Positions 38,313 to 50,967 of a stretch of DNA of 64,000 nucleotides are shown here, piece by piece (the first letter of the stretch is position 1; each line of letters starts with the position of its first letter). The notes below the pieces were generated by a model. It was not told the origin of the DNA and made no database searches. It saw only the letters and a program-made list of their open reading frames with translations. The position numbers and the translations under genes were made by a program. The stretch comes from Felis catus. Taxonomy: Eukaryota. The stretch is taken from positions 51,276,001 to 51,340,000 of the forward strand of contig NC_058382.1 of NCBI RefSeq assembly GCF_018350175.1, given 5' to 3'.

Positions 38313-39498
38313 TTCCTAACTGAACAAACAGAGTAAATCACACTGCTCTTTTAACTAGGCATATATGGCCCTTTAAAACATATTGACTGATGCTATCATT
38401 TGGGTCAAAAAACGTACACTCTAAACACTGATACTGTGAATGTTTCTCTATTTCAAAAGAGTAGAGGGAGCCAATTTAGAAAACTTGTAAAACAAATGCT
38501 AGCATTAAGACGGTCTTTTTCATCTCAGTCATCAAATACAAAAAAGAACTGGAGAAACAATCTCCTGTAGTGTTCTTTTTCAGGCTCCACAGAATTCTCT
38601 TTCGTAGAGGTTTTCAATTGTTTTGAAAATGCTACTTAATTTTCTGAATTTCTTAGTAGACTATAGTTTGAAGAGGCAGAGTGTGTCTGTCATGTTTCTC
38701 TGTGCATCATCCATTCAAGAAATTCTAAGTAATAGTGATACCATACGAAACAAGACCAAAAAAAGAAACTCCCCTGCCTTTAGGGACTTTACATGCTGAC
38801 TACATCGTCAGTACCAAGGACAATGGTTGAAAATGACCATTCTCTGGTTATTTGTTGAGTGAAATAGTAAATGGATGAATAAAGTTGCCCCTACTGTAAT
38901 AAAAAGTTCTTTGGGGCTCTGTGTTGCACCAAGTAAATATCCTCAATGAGGTGTGAACAGTACAAGAAGGACTGATGCCCTGCAGAAAAGCTCCTGTGTG
39001 ACCATTAGTGTGAGCGTAGACAATCATCATTTTAAGCATATTCTTTTTTTATTGTTATTGAAGTGTAGCTGACATATTAGTTTCAGGTGTACAATATCGT
39101 GATTCAACATGTATATACATTAGGAAGTGATGACCACTATAAATCTAGTTTCCGTCTATCACCATACAAAATTGTTAAAGTATTATTACCTACATTTCCT
39201 GTATATCACATCCCTGTGGCTTAGTTATTTTATAATGAAAATTTGTAACTTTCCCCTATTTTACTCATCCCACAACCTCCTTCCCCTCTGGCAGCCACCG
39301 GAGGGTTCTGTGTATCTATGAGTCTGTTTCTGTTTTATTTTGTTGAGTTGTTTTGGTTTTTAGATTCCATATTTAAGTGAAATCATATGATATTTCCTCT
39401 GTCTGATCTATTTGACTTAGCATAATACCCTTTAGGGCCACCCATGTTGTTCCAAATGTTGTCCATCATTCTTTTTTATAGCTGAGTAATATTCCATT

Positions 39499-39650
39499 GT
39501 GTGTGTGTGTGTGTGTGTGTGTGTATACACACACACACACACACACACAATATGTAATATATACATAATTTATAATGTACATATTTTATAATATGCACAA
39601 TATATATGTATTATGTATATATGTACACACACACACACACACACATGTAC
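39499..39650. repeat. (GT)13-AT-(AC)11 plus TA/CA compound microsatellite inside L1
   Basis: Directly visible. Confidence 0.95.
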
Positions 39651-39749
39651 CATACTTCTTTGTCCATGCATCTTTCAGCTGACACTTAGATAGCTGCCAT
39701 ATCTTGGCTGTTGTAAATAATGCTGCAATGAACATGGGGTGCATGTATC

Positions 39750-39962
39750 TTTTTTTTTTTAATCTTTATTCACTTTTGAGAGAGAGAGACAGAGCATGAG
39801 TGGGGGAGGGGCACAGAGAGAGGGGAGACACAGAATCCGAAGCAGGCTCCAAGCTCTGAGCTGTCAGCACAAAGCCCAATGCAGGGCTCGAACCCAAGGA
39901 CCATGAGGTGGTGACCTGAGCTGAAGTTGGACATTCAACCAACTGGGCCACCCAGGCGCCCC
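39750..39962 (-). mobile_element. Can-SINE nested in L1
   Basis: Imperfect TSD GTGCATGTATCTTTTT / GTGCATATGTCTTTTT. Confidence 0.93.
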
Positions 39963-40494
39963 ACAGTGCATATGTCTTTTTGCATTCATGTGTTCACTTA
40001 CTTTGGATAAATACCTGGAAGGGGAATTGCTGGATCATATTATAGTTCTATATTAAATCTTTTGAGGAACCTCCATACTGTTTTCCATAGAGGCTGCACC
40101 AATTTACATTACTACCAATGGTGAATGAGGGTTCCCTTTTCCATGTCTTGCCAACACTTGCTATGTCTTACCTTTTTAATATTAGCCATTCTGCCAGGTG
40201 TGAGATGATTTCTCACGATGGTTTTAATTTGTGTTTTCCTTATGTTTAGTGATACTGAGCATCTTTTCATGTGTCTGTTGGCCATCTGCGTGTCTTCTTT
40301 GGAGAAATGTCTATTCAACTCTTCTGCCCGTTTTGTAATCAGATTATTTGTATTTTTGATACTGACTTGTATGAGTTATTTCTGTACTTTGGAAATTAAC
40401 TCCTGAGCAGTTATATCATTTACAAATATCTTCTCCCATTCAGTGGGTTGCCTTTTTGTTTTGTTGATGGTTTCCTTCACTGTGCAAAAACTTT

Positions 40495-40573
40495 TGTTTT
40501 TAGGAAGCTTGAGATTTAGTGATTTTTAATGAAACTGAGAAACTTGAAACAAACATTAAAATCCTAACACACA
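40495..40573 (-). pseudogene. Tiny polyadenylated retro-insertion (probable truncated mRNA 3' end or orphan transduction) inside L1
   Basis: TSD GTGCAAAAACTTT at 40482-40494 and 40574-40586; minus-strand ATTAAA (40530-40525) 23 nt before a short A tail. Confidence 0.6.
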
Positions 40574-43500
40574 GTGCAAAAACTTTGTAATTTGACAGAG
40601 TTCTGTGTGTTTACTTTTGCTTCTGCTGCCCTTGCCTGAGGAGACAGATCCAAAAAAATACTGCTAAGACCAATGTCAAAGAGCTTACTGCCTGTGCTCT
40701 CTTCTAGAAGTTTTATGGTTTCTGGTCTGACATTTAAGTCTTTAACCCATTTTGAGTTTATTTTTGTGCATGATGTAAGAAAGTGGTCCATTTTCATTCT
40801 TTTGCATGTAGCTGTTGAGTTTTCTCAACATCATTTATTGATGAGACTGTCTTTTCCCCATTGTGTGTTCCTGCCTGCTTGGTTGAGGAATAATTGAGTA
40901 CATAAGCATGGGTTTATTCTGGGGTATTTTCTTAGCTTTTGATGCAAATGTAAATGGGATTGTTTTCTTAATTTTTCTTCCTGATAGCTCACTAGAGTAT
41001 ATAGAAATGCAACAGATTTATGCATATTAATTTTGTATTCTGCAGTTTTCTGAATTCATTTATTCTAATAGTTTTTTTTGCGGAGTCTTTCAGGTTTTCT
41101 CTAGATAGCATCATGTCAGTCGCAAATAGTGACAGTTTTACTTCTTTTCCAATTTGGATGACTTTTATTTCCTTTTCTTGTCTAATTGCTGGGGCTAGGG
41201 TGAGAGTGGGCGTCCTTGTCTTCTTCCTGACCTTAGAGGAAAGCTTTCGGCTTTTTACCATTGAGTGTGATGTTAGCTGTGGCTTTTGTTGTGTTGAGGT
41301 ATGTACCTCTGTACCCATTTTACTGAGAGATTTAATCATAAGTAGATGTTGAATTTTATTAAATTTTTTTTTCTGTATTTATTGAGATGATCAAATGATT
41401 TTTGCTCCTTTTGTTGTTGTTGTAAATGTGGTATATCATGTTGACCTGCGGATGTTGAGCGATCCTTGTATCCTTGGAATAAATCCCACTTGATCATGGT
41501 ACAGGATTCTCTTTCTTACCGAATTTGGTTTGCTTATATTTTGTCGAGGATTTCGCATCTATGTTCATCAAGAATAGTGGTTTTCAATTTTCTTTTTTAG
41601 TGGTGTCTTTGTCTGGTTTTTGGCCTTACAGAATGTTTGAAAACATTCTGTCCTCTCCAATTCCTTGGAATTGTTTGAGAAGGATAGGCGCCAGTTTATC
41701 TTTAAGTGTTTGATAGAATTCACCTGTGAAGCTATCTGATCTTGGACTCATGTGTGTTGGGAGCTTTTAAATTATTGATTTGGTTTCGTTACTAATAATT
41801 GGTCGTTCATATTTTGTTACTTCTTGATTCAGATGTGGAAAATTGTGTTTTTAGGAATTTATCCATTTCTTCTAGGTTGTCCTATATGTTGGCATGTAAT
41901 TGTTCTTTGTAGTGTCTTAGGATCCTCATACTTCTATGGTATGTGTTGCAACTTCTCTTTCATTTCTGATTTTATTTATTTGGGCCCTCCTTTTTCCCAA
42001 TGAGTCTGGTTAAAGGTGTATCAGTTTTGTTAATCTTTTCAAAGAAACAGTGCTTATTTTCATGGATTTTTTTTTGCCTTTATTTCATTTATTTCCTCCC
42101 TTCTACTAACGTTGGGCTTTGTTTATTCTTCTTTTTCTAGTTCCTTTAGGTATAAGGCTAGGTTATGTGAGATTTTTCTTGTTTCCTGAGGTGGACCTGT
42201 ATCACTATAAACTTCGCTCTTAGAACTGTTTTTGCTGTGCCTTTTAGATTATGGACTGTCGTATTTCCATTTTTATTTGTCTCAAGGTATATTTTGATTT
42301 CCTATTTGACTTTTTATCGACCCATTGGTTGTTTAGTAGTATGTTGTCTAGCCTCCATGTGATCGTGTTTTTTCTAGTTTTTTTTTCTTCTAATTGATTT
42401 CTAGTTTTGTATAATTTCTAGTGGTTGGAAAAGATGCTTCTTATGATTTCAATCTTCTTAAATTTTTTGAGACTTCTTAAATTTTTGTGGCCCAAGAGGT
42501 GACCTATCCTAGAGAATGTTTCATGAATACTTGAAAAGAGTCTGTATTCTGCTGTTTTTGACAGAATGTTATGCATATATCTATTAACTCCATCTGGTCT
42601 AATGTGCCATTTTAGGCCAAGGCTTTATTGATTTTCATATCCATTGATAAGTGGGCTGGTAAAGCCCCCTACTATTATTGTAATGCTGTCAATTTCTCCC
42701 TTTATTTATGTTAACATTTGCTTTATGTATTTAGGTGCTCCATGTTGGATGTATAGATATCTACAAGACTTCTATCCTCTTCTTGGATCAATTCCTTTAT
42801 CAGCATGTAATTGTGTTCCTTGTTTCTTACTATAGTTTTCGTTTTAAAGTCTGTTTTGTCGAATACAAGTATTGCTACCCTAGTTACCTTTCCATTTCCA
42901 TTTGCATGGAATGTCTGTTTGCATTTCTTCACTTTCAGTCTGTTGGTGTCTTTGCATCTGAAGTCAGTTTCTTCTAGGCGGACTATAATATTACCCATTC
43001 AACCATGTCTTTTGGTTGGAGCATGCAGTCCATTTACACTGAAAGTAATTATTAACAGATGGGTACCTACTGCCATTTCACTGATTTCTGTTTGTTTTGG
43101 TAGTGCTTCTCTGCATTCTTCTTCGCTTGCTCTCTGTGATTTGGTCACTAAATGTTCTTAATCCTTTCTCTTTATTTTTTGTATGCTTATTACAGGTATT
43201 TGGTTTGTGGTTACCGTAAGGTTGGTGCAGAACCTTCTATGTATATAACAGTCTCTATTAAGTTGATGGTCGCTGAAGTTCAAATGCATTCTAAAAGCGC
43301 TACATTTTTGGGTACTCCCCTAGGTTTTGTTTTTGTTGTCATATTTTACATCTTATTATTTTGGGGATCCTTTGACTAATTACTGTAGGTCTAGATGATT
43401 TTACTACTCTTGTCCTTTTAACCTTCATACCAGCTATAAAGGTGATTGGTCCACTACTATATGCTTGCTTTTACCCGTGAGATTTTTGTGTTTTTTCGTA

Positions 43501-45244
43501 ATTCTTGCTAGTGATGGCTGTTTCTTTTCAGTTTAAAGAAGGGCCTTTAACATTTCTTGTCAGGCCAGTTTGGTGATGATGAACTCCTTGAGCATTTGCT
43601 TGCCTGGGAAATTCCTTATCTCTTCTTTGATTCTGAGTGATAACCTTGCTGGTAGAGTATTCTTGGTTGTAAGTTTCTTTACTTTTGAATATATTGTGGT
43701 CCTCCCTCCTGGCTTGTAAATTTCCTGCTGAACAGTCAGCTGATAGCCTTATGGGGGTTCCCTTGCATGTATCTAGTGTTTGTCTTGTGCTGCTTTTAAG
43801 ATTCTCTATCTTCAACTGTTGACACTTGGGTCATAATATGTCTTGTGAGTCTCTTTGTGTCGTTTTACTTGGGACACTCTGTGGTTCCTGGACTTGGGTG
43901 TCTGTTTCCTTTGCCAGGTTAAGGATGTTTTCAGACATTACTTTTACAAATAAGTTTTCTGTCCCTTTCTGCTCATTCTGGAACCCCTCTAATATCAACA
44001 TTAGCTTGCCTGATGTTGTCCCAGAGCTCCTCAAACTATACTCTTTAATTGTTTTTTCTATCCTGATTGGGTGTTATCTCCTATCTTATTCTCAAGATTG
44101 CTGATCCATTCTTCAGCATCATCCAATTGGCTGTTATTCCCTTTATGTATTTTTCATGTCAGTTATAATATTCTTCAGCTCTTAATGGCTTTTTTTTTAT
44201 TTTACATTTTGCATCTCTGTTGAAGTTCTCACTGTTTTCACCCATTCTCCTCCCAAGTTCAGTGAGCATCTTGATGGCCTTTACTTGCAACTCTTGATTT
44301 GGTAGATTGCCTATCTCCCTTTCATGCAATTCTTTTTCTGAGGTTCTCTCTTGTTCTTACATTTGGAACATAGTCCTCTGTCTCCCCACTTTGCCTGCCT
44401 CTCTCTTTTTTCTATGTACTTAGTAGATGAGTTACGTCTCCTGATCTTGAAGAAGGTGTCCCATGGTTCCCAGTAGCACAATTCCCCCCTTGTCACTTGA
44501 GCCAGCTGTGCCCCCTGTGTGTGTTCATGTACCTCCCTGTTGTGGTTGGCTCATGATTGGTGCAGACTCACTGCTATGTGGGATTGTCCCCCAGGGTGGA
44601 TGTCTGTGAGGCCTGGACTTGACTGCTCTGAGCATGCTGGTAAGCAAGCCTGGTCAACTGGGGTGGGGGGACATCAGTGCTGGCTGAGGCTACCCACTTG
44701 GTGGGAGCCACCCAAGGTAGGCCAGTTGGGTAGGGCACAGGGTGCTAGCACAATAGATGGAAAGAGACAGAAATGGGCCCAGCTGGGTAGAAGGGGAATG
44801 AACAAAAGTGGTACCCACCAGCACTTCTGTCCCTGGTGAACATTCCAACGGATCCTTCTGGTACGTGCCCTAAAATTAGTGATGTTTCTTCATGCATAAC
44901 CCAGGTGCCTTTCAAACTGCTGCCTCTGCCCTAGGACTGGGTGAGATTGTAGAGATGCCCTTTAAGGGCGGTGTCCCTTCTGGCTCTCCCTGACATTAGC
45001 CCTGCTGGTTCTCAAAGTAGATGTGATGGGGGCTCATCTTCCCTGTGCGGGTTCGCGGGGCTTGGGAGACCGACGCGGGGCTCAGACCCCTCAGTTCCTC
45101 ACGGAGGGCCTCTGCGGTTGTGACAGCCCTCCTATTTGTGGGTTGCTGTGCCAAGGGGTGTGTGTCCTGATTAGACCAGGTCTCTGCCCTCCCTGCCTAT
45201 CTTTCTGTCTATGATCCTACTCCACGATCTTCACACCACCTTGC

Positions 45245-45580
45245 TTATTTTTTAATTTAAAGTGCTTTACGGAGATAGAATTCACATGCCATAAAATATA
45301 CCCATTTGAAGTGTCCAATCCGGGGGCACCTGGGTGGATCGGTTGGCCAAGCATCTTACTCTTGATTTCAGCTCAGGTCGTGATCTCATGACTCTTGGGA
45401 TCAAGCCCCGTGTTGAGCTCTGTGCTGAGAGTGTGGAGCCTGCTTGGGATTCTCTGTCTCCTCTCTCTCTGCCCCTCTCCACAGCCCCCCCCCCCCTTTA
45501 AGAAATAAATAAACATAAACAATTAAAAAAATAAAGTGTCCAATCTGGTGGTTTTTAGTATATTTACAGAGTTTGTGACC
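45245..45580 (-). mobile_element. L1M 3' end fragment split by a SINE
   Basis: GAGATAGAATTCACATGCCATAAAATATACCCATTTGAAGTGT...GTGGTTTTTAGTATATTTACAGAGTT. Confidence 0.75.
45322..45534 (+). mobile_element. Can-SINE with TSD
   Basis: TSD AAGTGTCCAATC on both sides. Confidence 0.92.
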
Positions 45581-45593
45581 TTCAACATCATTC

Positions 45594-45797
45594 TTTTTTT
45601 AATTTTTTTTCTTTGAGACAGAGACAGAGCATCAACAGGGGAGGGGCAGAGAGAGAGGGAGACACAGAATCCAAAGCAGGCTCCAGGCCCTGAGCTGTCA
45701 GCACAGAGCCTGACGTTGGGCTCGAACTCACAGACAGTGGGATCATGACCTGAGCTGAAGTCGGACGCTTAACCAACTGAGCCACCCAGGAGCCCCC
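45594..45797 (-). mobile_element. Can-SINE with TSD
   Basis: TSD AACATCATTCTT on both sides. Confidence 0.93.
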
Positions 45798-46242
45798 AAC
45801 ATCATTCTTAATTCATAGTTCAAGGCAAAGTAATGGCTCAGACTATTGGAGAGGGAAGAGGTCAGATATTTGTAACAACTCTTACTTTTAGGAGGTCACC
45901 TTTGTCCTACATAGAGGAAATATGACAATATTTGTTACGCTTCTCTTGGTTCTGAAGTACGTATTTCTTTTGGAGGAGGGGAATGTAAGTTTATAGCACA
46001 TGAAGTCAGCAATGTTTCTTATCAGGTTTCTATTTGAAATTTACTACTCATTGAAATTGTCCTTAAATGCAATAAAAGCATTTGCCTATCAAAAAAAAAA
46101 AAAAATCAGTATTTTACAACACAGTGAAAAGGGTACTTGCATGAAGATTACTATAACTGACTTTACACCTAGACTTACCATTAACTCACTGCGTAATTTT
46201 AGGAAAGGCCCTCAAATATTTAGTTCTCCATGTCTACATCTG

Positions 46243-46268
46243 TGAGAGAGACAGAGAGAGAGAGAGAC

Positions 46269-46298
<30 letters not shown>
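46243..46298. repeat. (GA)n/(GACA) microsatellite
   Basis: Directly visible. Confidence 0.95.
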
Positions 46299-46299
<1 letters not shown>

Positions 46300-46326
46300 A
46301 ATACTGAAATCTTCTTCTAGTTCTTA

Positions 46327-46545
46327 ATTTCTTTTTTTTCAATGTTTATTTGGAGGGAGCAAGAATGAGAGTGAGTGAGCAAGCAGGGGAGGGGGCAGAG
46401 AGAAAGGGGGAGATACAATCCCCAGCAGGCTCCACACTGTCCATGCCGAGCCCGATGCGAGGCTCGATCTCATGAACTGTGAGATCATGACCTGAGCCAA
46501 AACCAAGAGTCGGACACTCAACTGACGGAGCCTCCCAGGCGCCCT
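46327..46545 (-). mobile_element. Can-SINE
   Basis: Antisense head and tail motifs. Confidence 0.9.
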
Positions 46546-47851
46546 CCTTAATGCCTATACAATAATTTGCAAGTGGGCCACTCTCTACTTAATGCTCTAA
46601 TTTGGGGACTTTATTATTTTTGAAGGGGGAAAAAAAGTCTGCAGTCTGCATGATCCTGATTTACGCATGTGATAGGATCATAGCCTTTGTGGCACGAACA
46701 CAGCCTGAAAACACACATTATCAAATAGTGACTGGGGTTGAGGGTAAAAGCGAGGAGTTAAGAAAAAAAAAAACAATCTTAGGACTGTATGACCTTGGGC
46801 CGTTGCCTAATTGTATGGATGAGCCTCCCGTGTTTTCAAACACCAGTCCGTCCCCAGGGGTCAGGAACGAATCTATTTCGTGTGTTCGGATCTCATGGCA
46901 GAGTTGGTGCTCAATCATTGCTTCCTGAAAGAGGGAATATATTTTGGATAGCAAAACCGTGCAAAAGAAAATGTTAGTGCCAGACTCCACCAGGGTGCCA
47001 GAGAGGCCTTTGGCAGGAAAAGAGATACTCCCCTTTAAGAAAACGTGAAGCGTTTGCCCCCTCAGCAGACCTATCTGCGAGTAATAAAAACCCTAGACAA
47101 TGTGGGCATCCTAACAAAGGAAGAAGCTTGCTGGGTACAGTGACAATTATGCCTCTATTGGTTTAGGACTCTGCAGACATATAAAGAGACATTTCATTTT
47201 AAGAACCTGGAGCCAGTATGGAAAAAAGAAAGCAACAAGCCTGCACCTTCACGAGTCACTAAGAAAAATCAGAGGCCCATGTGCAACAGCACAGTTTGAG
47301 GGACCATGGGATTACCTTGTTTATGCTTCCGTGTGGCTGAAGGCATTGCTGTAGCATCCCTTCCTGACATTGCCAAGGGCTTTGTCTTTTTGTCCTGTTG
47401 GACCCAAGCCGAAGTCACCATTTCCGTTGGCTCGAGTCAGCCACAGCATCTCTGGCAATTTGTAAGCAAGTGACAGCCGGCCCTGATTCATCCAAGCGAT
47501 GAATCCACCTCTTGGCACACAGTGACCCGGCAGGAAATAGGACGGAAGTCTTCATTCTGCCTTGACTCTGGATCTCACGATCACTATTTTTCGCGCACTG
47601 AGGGTTTCTCCGTGCACGTGCACACGAGGCCCTGGGAGTCATTTGCCACAAAGCACCTTCAAATGGGGATTTCGTTGGCTTCTCTGTCGTCTGCCCTTTG
47701 TTGGTTAAAAAACACAGTAACTAGTTCTCGCATGTGAGTGCTTGCCCGAGAGAAATGGACGATTCCCCTCAACACCGCGGTTCCGGCCACTCTGGGCTAT
47801 GAAACCCTGCTCTGGGCTACCCTCATTGGTTGGGAATAAGAAACCTAGACA

Positions 47852-48030
47852 GGGGGTCCTGAGTGGCTCAGTCAGCTGAGCGTCCGACTTCGGCTCAGGT
47901 CACCATCTCAGGGCTCCTGAGTTGAGCCCTGCGTCGGGCTCTGTGCTGACAGCTCAGGGCCTGGAGCCTGCTTTGGATTCTGTAGCTCTCTCTCTTTCTC
48001 AAAGAAACATTAAAAAATACTACTACTAAA
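47852..48030 (+). mobile_element. Can-SINE
   Basis: GGGGGTCCTGAGTGGCTCAGTCAG head; AAGAAAC..AGAC on both flanks. Confidence 0.9.
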
Positions 48031-49879
48031 AAGAAACTGAGACAAAGATGACCAGAGAACTGGTCCTTGCCTGTGAGTCCCCTTCTGGACCCACAATTTC
48101 CAGGCCCAAGAGTTTCCCAGGTGAAATACACAGAAGGTGAGAGCAGGCAAAACCCCCTTTCTTATTGGCCGAGATCAGTTCAGGCCAAGGCGGAGCTGCG
48201 CTAGAGGGCATTGTGGTGAGGGAACTCTTGTGCCCAAGGAAGACAGACCCAAGGAACTTTCTTTATTTGCCCTCGACCACTGGTTCCAAAATTAGCTTTT
48301 CCTTGGAGAAACCCGACTGCCTTGTAAAATATAAATTCCCAGGCCCTGCTCCTCCAATTAATTACATTTCTGGAATGGGGTCTGGGAATGTATCAGATAT
48401 CCTTAAGTGATTGTCATGTGGTTAATTATTTAGAAACTATTGTCCTCAGACTTAATCTATATCCAACCTGGCTTTTAAAAGGGATGGGGCTGGGGAGAGA
48501 AAACGCTCTTTCCAAGAAAGGGGAGACACTCAGCCTCGTGGTATATGGAACAGAGGACTGTGCTAAAATACAGTGGGGCCGGCTTGGCCTTCTGACAAGA
48601 CGGGGCTGCTCGGTCCTTCCTGTGCTCCAGCCACATAAAAAGAAGAGAGAGGAGGGAGTCAGTCAGAGGGAGAGACATGTCTGGGCCTCGTCTCCAGCAG
48701 GAACAGCCTCTGGCCCTGGTTCACCTTCAAAGACCGTTTCTCAAGGGCTCGGTTAACTTTTATTTATCACCGTGAAAGTAGCACTCTGTACCACACAGTT
48801 TAGAAAGTCTGTTCGCCATAGGATGGAGGGCCACGGAGTGCCAAGTGTTCATCCTGAGTGGTCCGGCACGCGGTATCGGCATCATGGCGCCACCCTAGGT
48901 CATGTCGGGTGGTGTCCTAACCTGAATGGGATAGAGGCAGCCACAACGGGGAGGCCAAGGCAATGCAGGGAAGGAGGAAAGAGGGGTGGCAAGCAACAGG
49001 AGGACTGGGGAGACGTGGCCTAGAGGGTTTGCTTTTCCTAGACACTAGAGCCTCTTTTTCAGCCCAGTTAGGATGCGAGGAACCATCTTTGAACCTCCAA
49101 GTCCCTTAAAACAACCAGCAGTTATGTAAACACTTCTCGTTATTAAATGACCTGATTATGAACTCAACTGCGTCCCGCACTAAAGACAGTTTAGGAAAAC
49201 GATTTAGCTTGCAGGTACGGCTTTGTAGCATTCGGACGGGATGGTGGTTATGTGCAGAGGGGAGGCAGTTTGCCATTCCTTGGCCTAAATAACTGAACAC
49301 AGAAAGGTGCATTCTGGATATTGCATCTGGCAACGGCTTCTCTACACACACAAATCTGAACAAAAGTCACTTACATCGTGATTCTCCGTGTCTATCAGGA
49401 AAAGGAACGATTAAATAGGTACAGTTTTCCTTTGCTATGCACAAATGTCAATGAGGAATAAAGATAAAAATCCTCTTAGTGACAGAAAATTCCAGCTTTA
49501 TCTTCAGCTTGGTGATGCTAACCTGAATGTTGCCAAGGAACTCTGAACAGTTCCCCTGTTCTCGCTGAGGATTTTTTTTTTTTCCAGATAGGAAATTTTT
49601 TTCCAGATCTAAACCAATTACAGTGACTATCTTTAACTGAAATGAGCAATTTAAATGTTTGTTTTTTATGGAACTTACTCTTCTGGCTACCTTGGATGAA
49701 ATATGTGATCTCTGAATCCCAGAGTCCTTGTCTGCAAAGGGAAAAAAATAGTTATCTTCCTAGAGTGTTGTGAGGATGAAAAGAGATAACACACATGTAT
49801 AAAGTCCCTGGAGTCCTCTAAAAACTAAATATATGGTTGCTTTCATTAATCTTTTATTACCAAAAGGTACAAGAATACC

Positions 49880-50056
49880 TTATTTTTGAGAGAGAGCCAG
49901 AGAGCCAGAGAGCGATCAGGGGAAGGGCAGAGAGAGAGGGAGACACAGAATCGGAAGCAGGCTCCCGGCTCTGAGCTGCCAGCACAGAGCCCGAAGGGGG
50001 GGCTGGAACTCACAAACTATGAGATCATGATCTCAACCGAGCCACCCACGCGCCCC
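49880..50056 (-). mobile_element. Can-SINE with internal deletion
   Basis: GAGACACAGAATCGGAAGCAGGCTCC...GAGCCACCCACGCGCCCC. Confidence 0.88.
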
Positions 50057-50561
50057 TCTCTTTTGCTGTTTTCACATGCCTTCTATTCTCTTTTTCATTC
50101 TTAACCATTGGCAGATAGCAATAATTCATGTTAAAATCCTCTTAAAGATCTGCATGCCTAAGTGATTCACATACATACATATATTCACATACAAATATAT
50201 GTGTATATGTATAGATACAGAAAATCACATATGTAGGGAAAATATTATATATTCAGGTCAACTGGATGGACTGTGCCCAGATTGTTTTTGTTCTCCGCTG
50301 GTCTGATGATTCCAAACATGGGAAATCTGAAATAATTGCGTTTTAATTTTTTTTTCCTTCCTTCCCCCCCCCCCTTTTTTTTTTTTTGCAAAAAGAAAGG
50401 CTTCACCAGAATGCTATTCAAATGCAAAAAACAAAGGAGAGAGAAAACCAACTATACTTATGGTAGGTTTACCTAGCTAACTTGGATGGTTTCCACAAAC
50501 ATTGAAACAGCATTAGAGCAGGAAAAAAATAACTGAGTATCTCCATAAAATGGTAAATCTT

Positions 50562-50744
50562 GGGGCGCCTGGGTGGCTCAGTCGGTTAAGCGACCGACTT
50601 CGGCTCAGGTCATGATCTCCTGCTCTGTGAGTTCCAGCCCGGCGTCGGGCTCTGTGCTGACAGCTCAGAGCCTGGAGCTTGCTTCAGATCCTGTGTCTCC
50701 CTCTCTCTCTCAAAAATAAATAAACGTTAAAAAAAATTTTTAAA
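50562..50744 (+). mobile_element. Can-SINE with TSD
   Basis: TSD AAAATGGTAAATCTT at 50547-50561 and 50745-50759. Confidence 0.95.
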
Positions 50745-50961
50745 AAAATGGTAAATCTTCCTCTCTTTCCCTCTGGCATTTGGTGGTTTCTAATTTTCTC
50801 ATACACAAGCAAGAAGAACCAATTAATGAGTGTCTTACCTTTCATTGCAAAGCCACTCTCTGAAATTCCTAATCAACACTTACACAGTTAAATCATCTTG
50901 GAAGTAACTTGACTTCAAATTTATTCAAGAACTTAACAAATCTCAAAGATAAACAGAACAC

Positions 50962-50967
50962 TTTATT
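50962..50967 (-). terminator. Candidate polyadenylation signal AATAAA for ADAMTS18
   Basis: TTTATT on + at 50962-50967, followed on the minus strand by GT/T-rich sequence (GTGTTCTGTTTATCTTTG). Alternatives at 51031-51036, 50920-50925 and 51642-51647. Confidence 0.6.

Larger units (their letters stand above)
39043..45230 (-). mobile_element. Old near-full-span, internally deleted and dead L1 (L1MA9/L1_Carn-like): 5'UTR, ORF1, ORF2 and 3'UTR remnants
   Basis: ORF1 remnants GTPIRLSAD..NLQARRE and ENLF..MSEN..NLAKETDTQVQE; endonuclease FHANG..RVAILVFDKTDFK; RT IQIGKEVKLSLFATDMM and HKSVAFLYT; many stops and frameshifts. Confidence 0.92.

Noticed and set aside
39043..45230. Reverse transcriptase/endonuclease-like peptides suggesting an active or novel retro-system
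   Set aside because: Ordinary decayed LINE-1, fragmented by stops, frameshifts and deletions.
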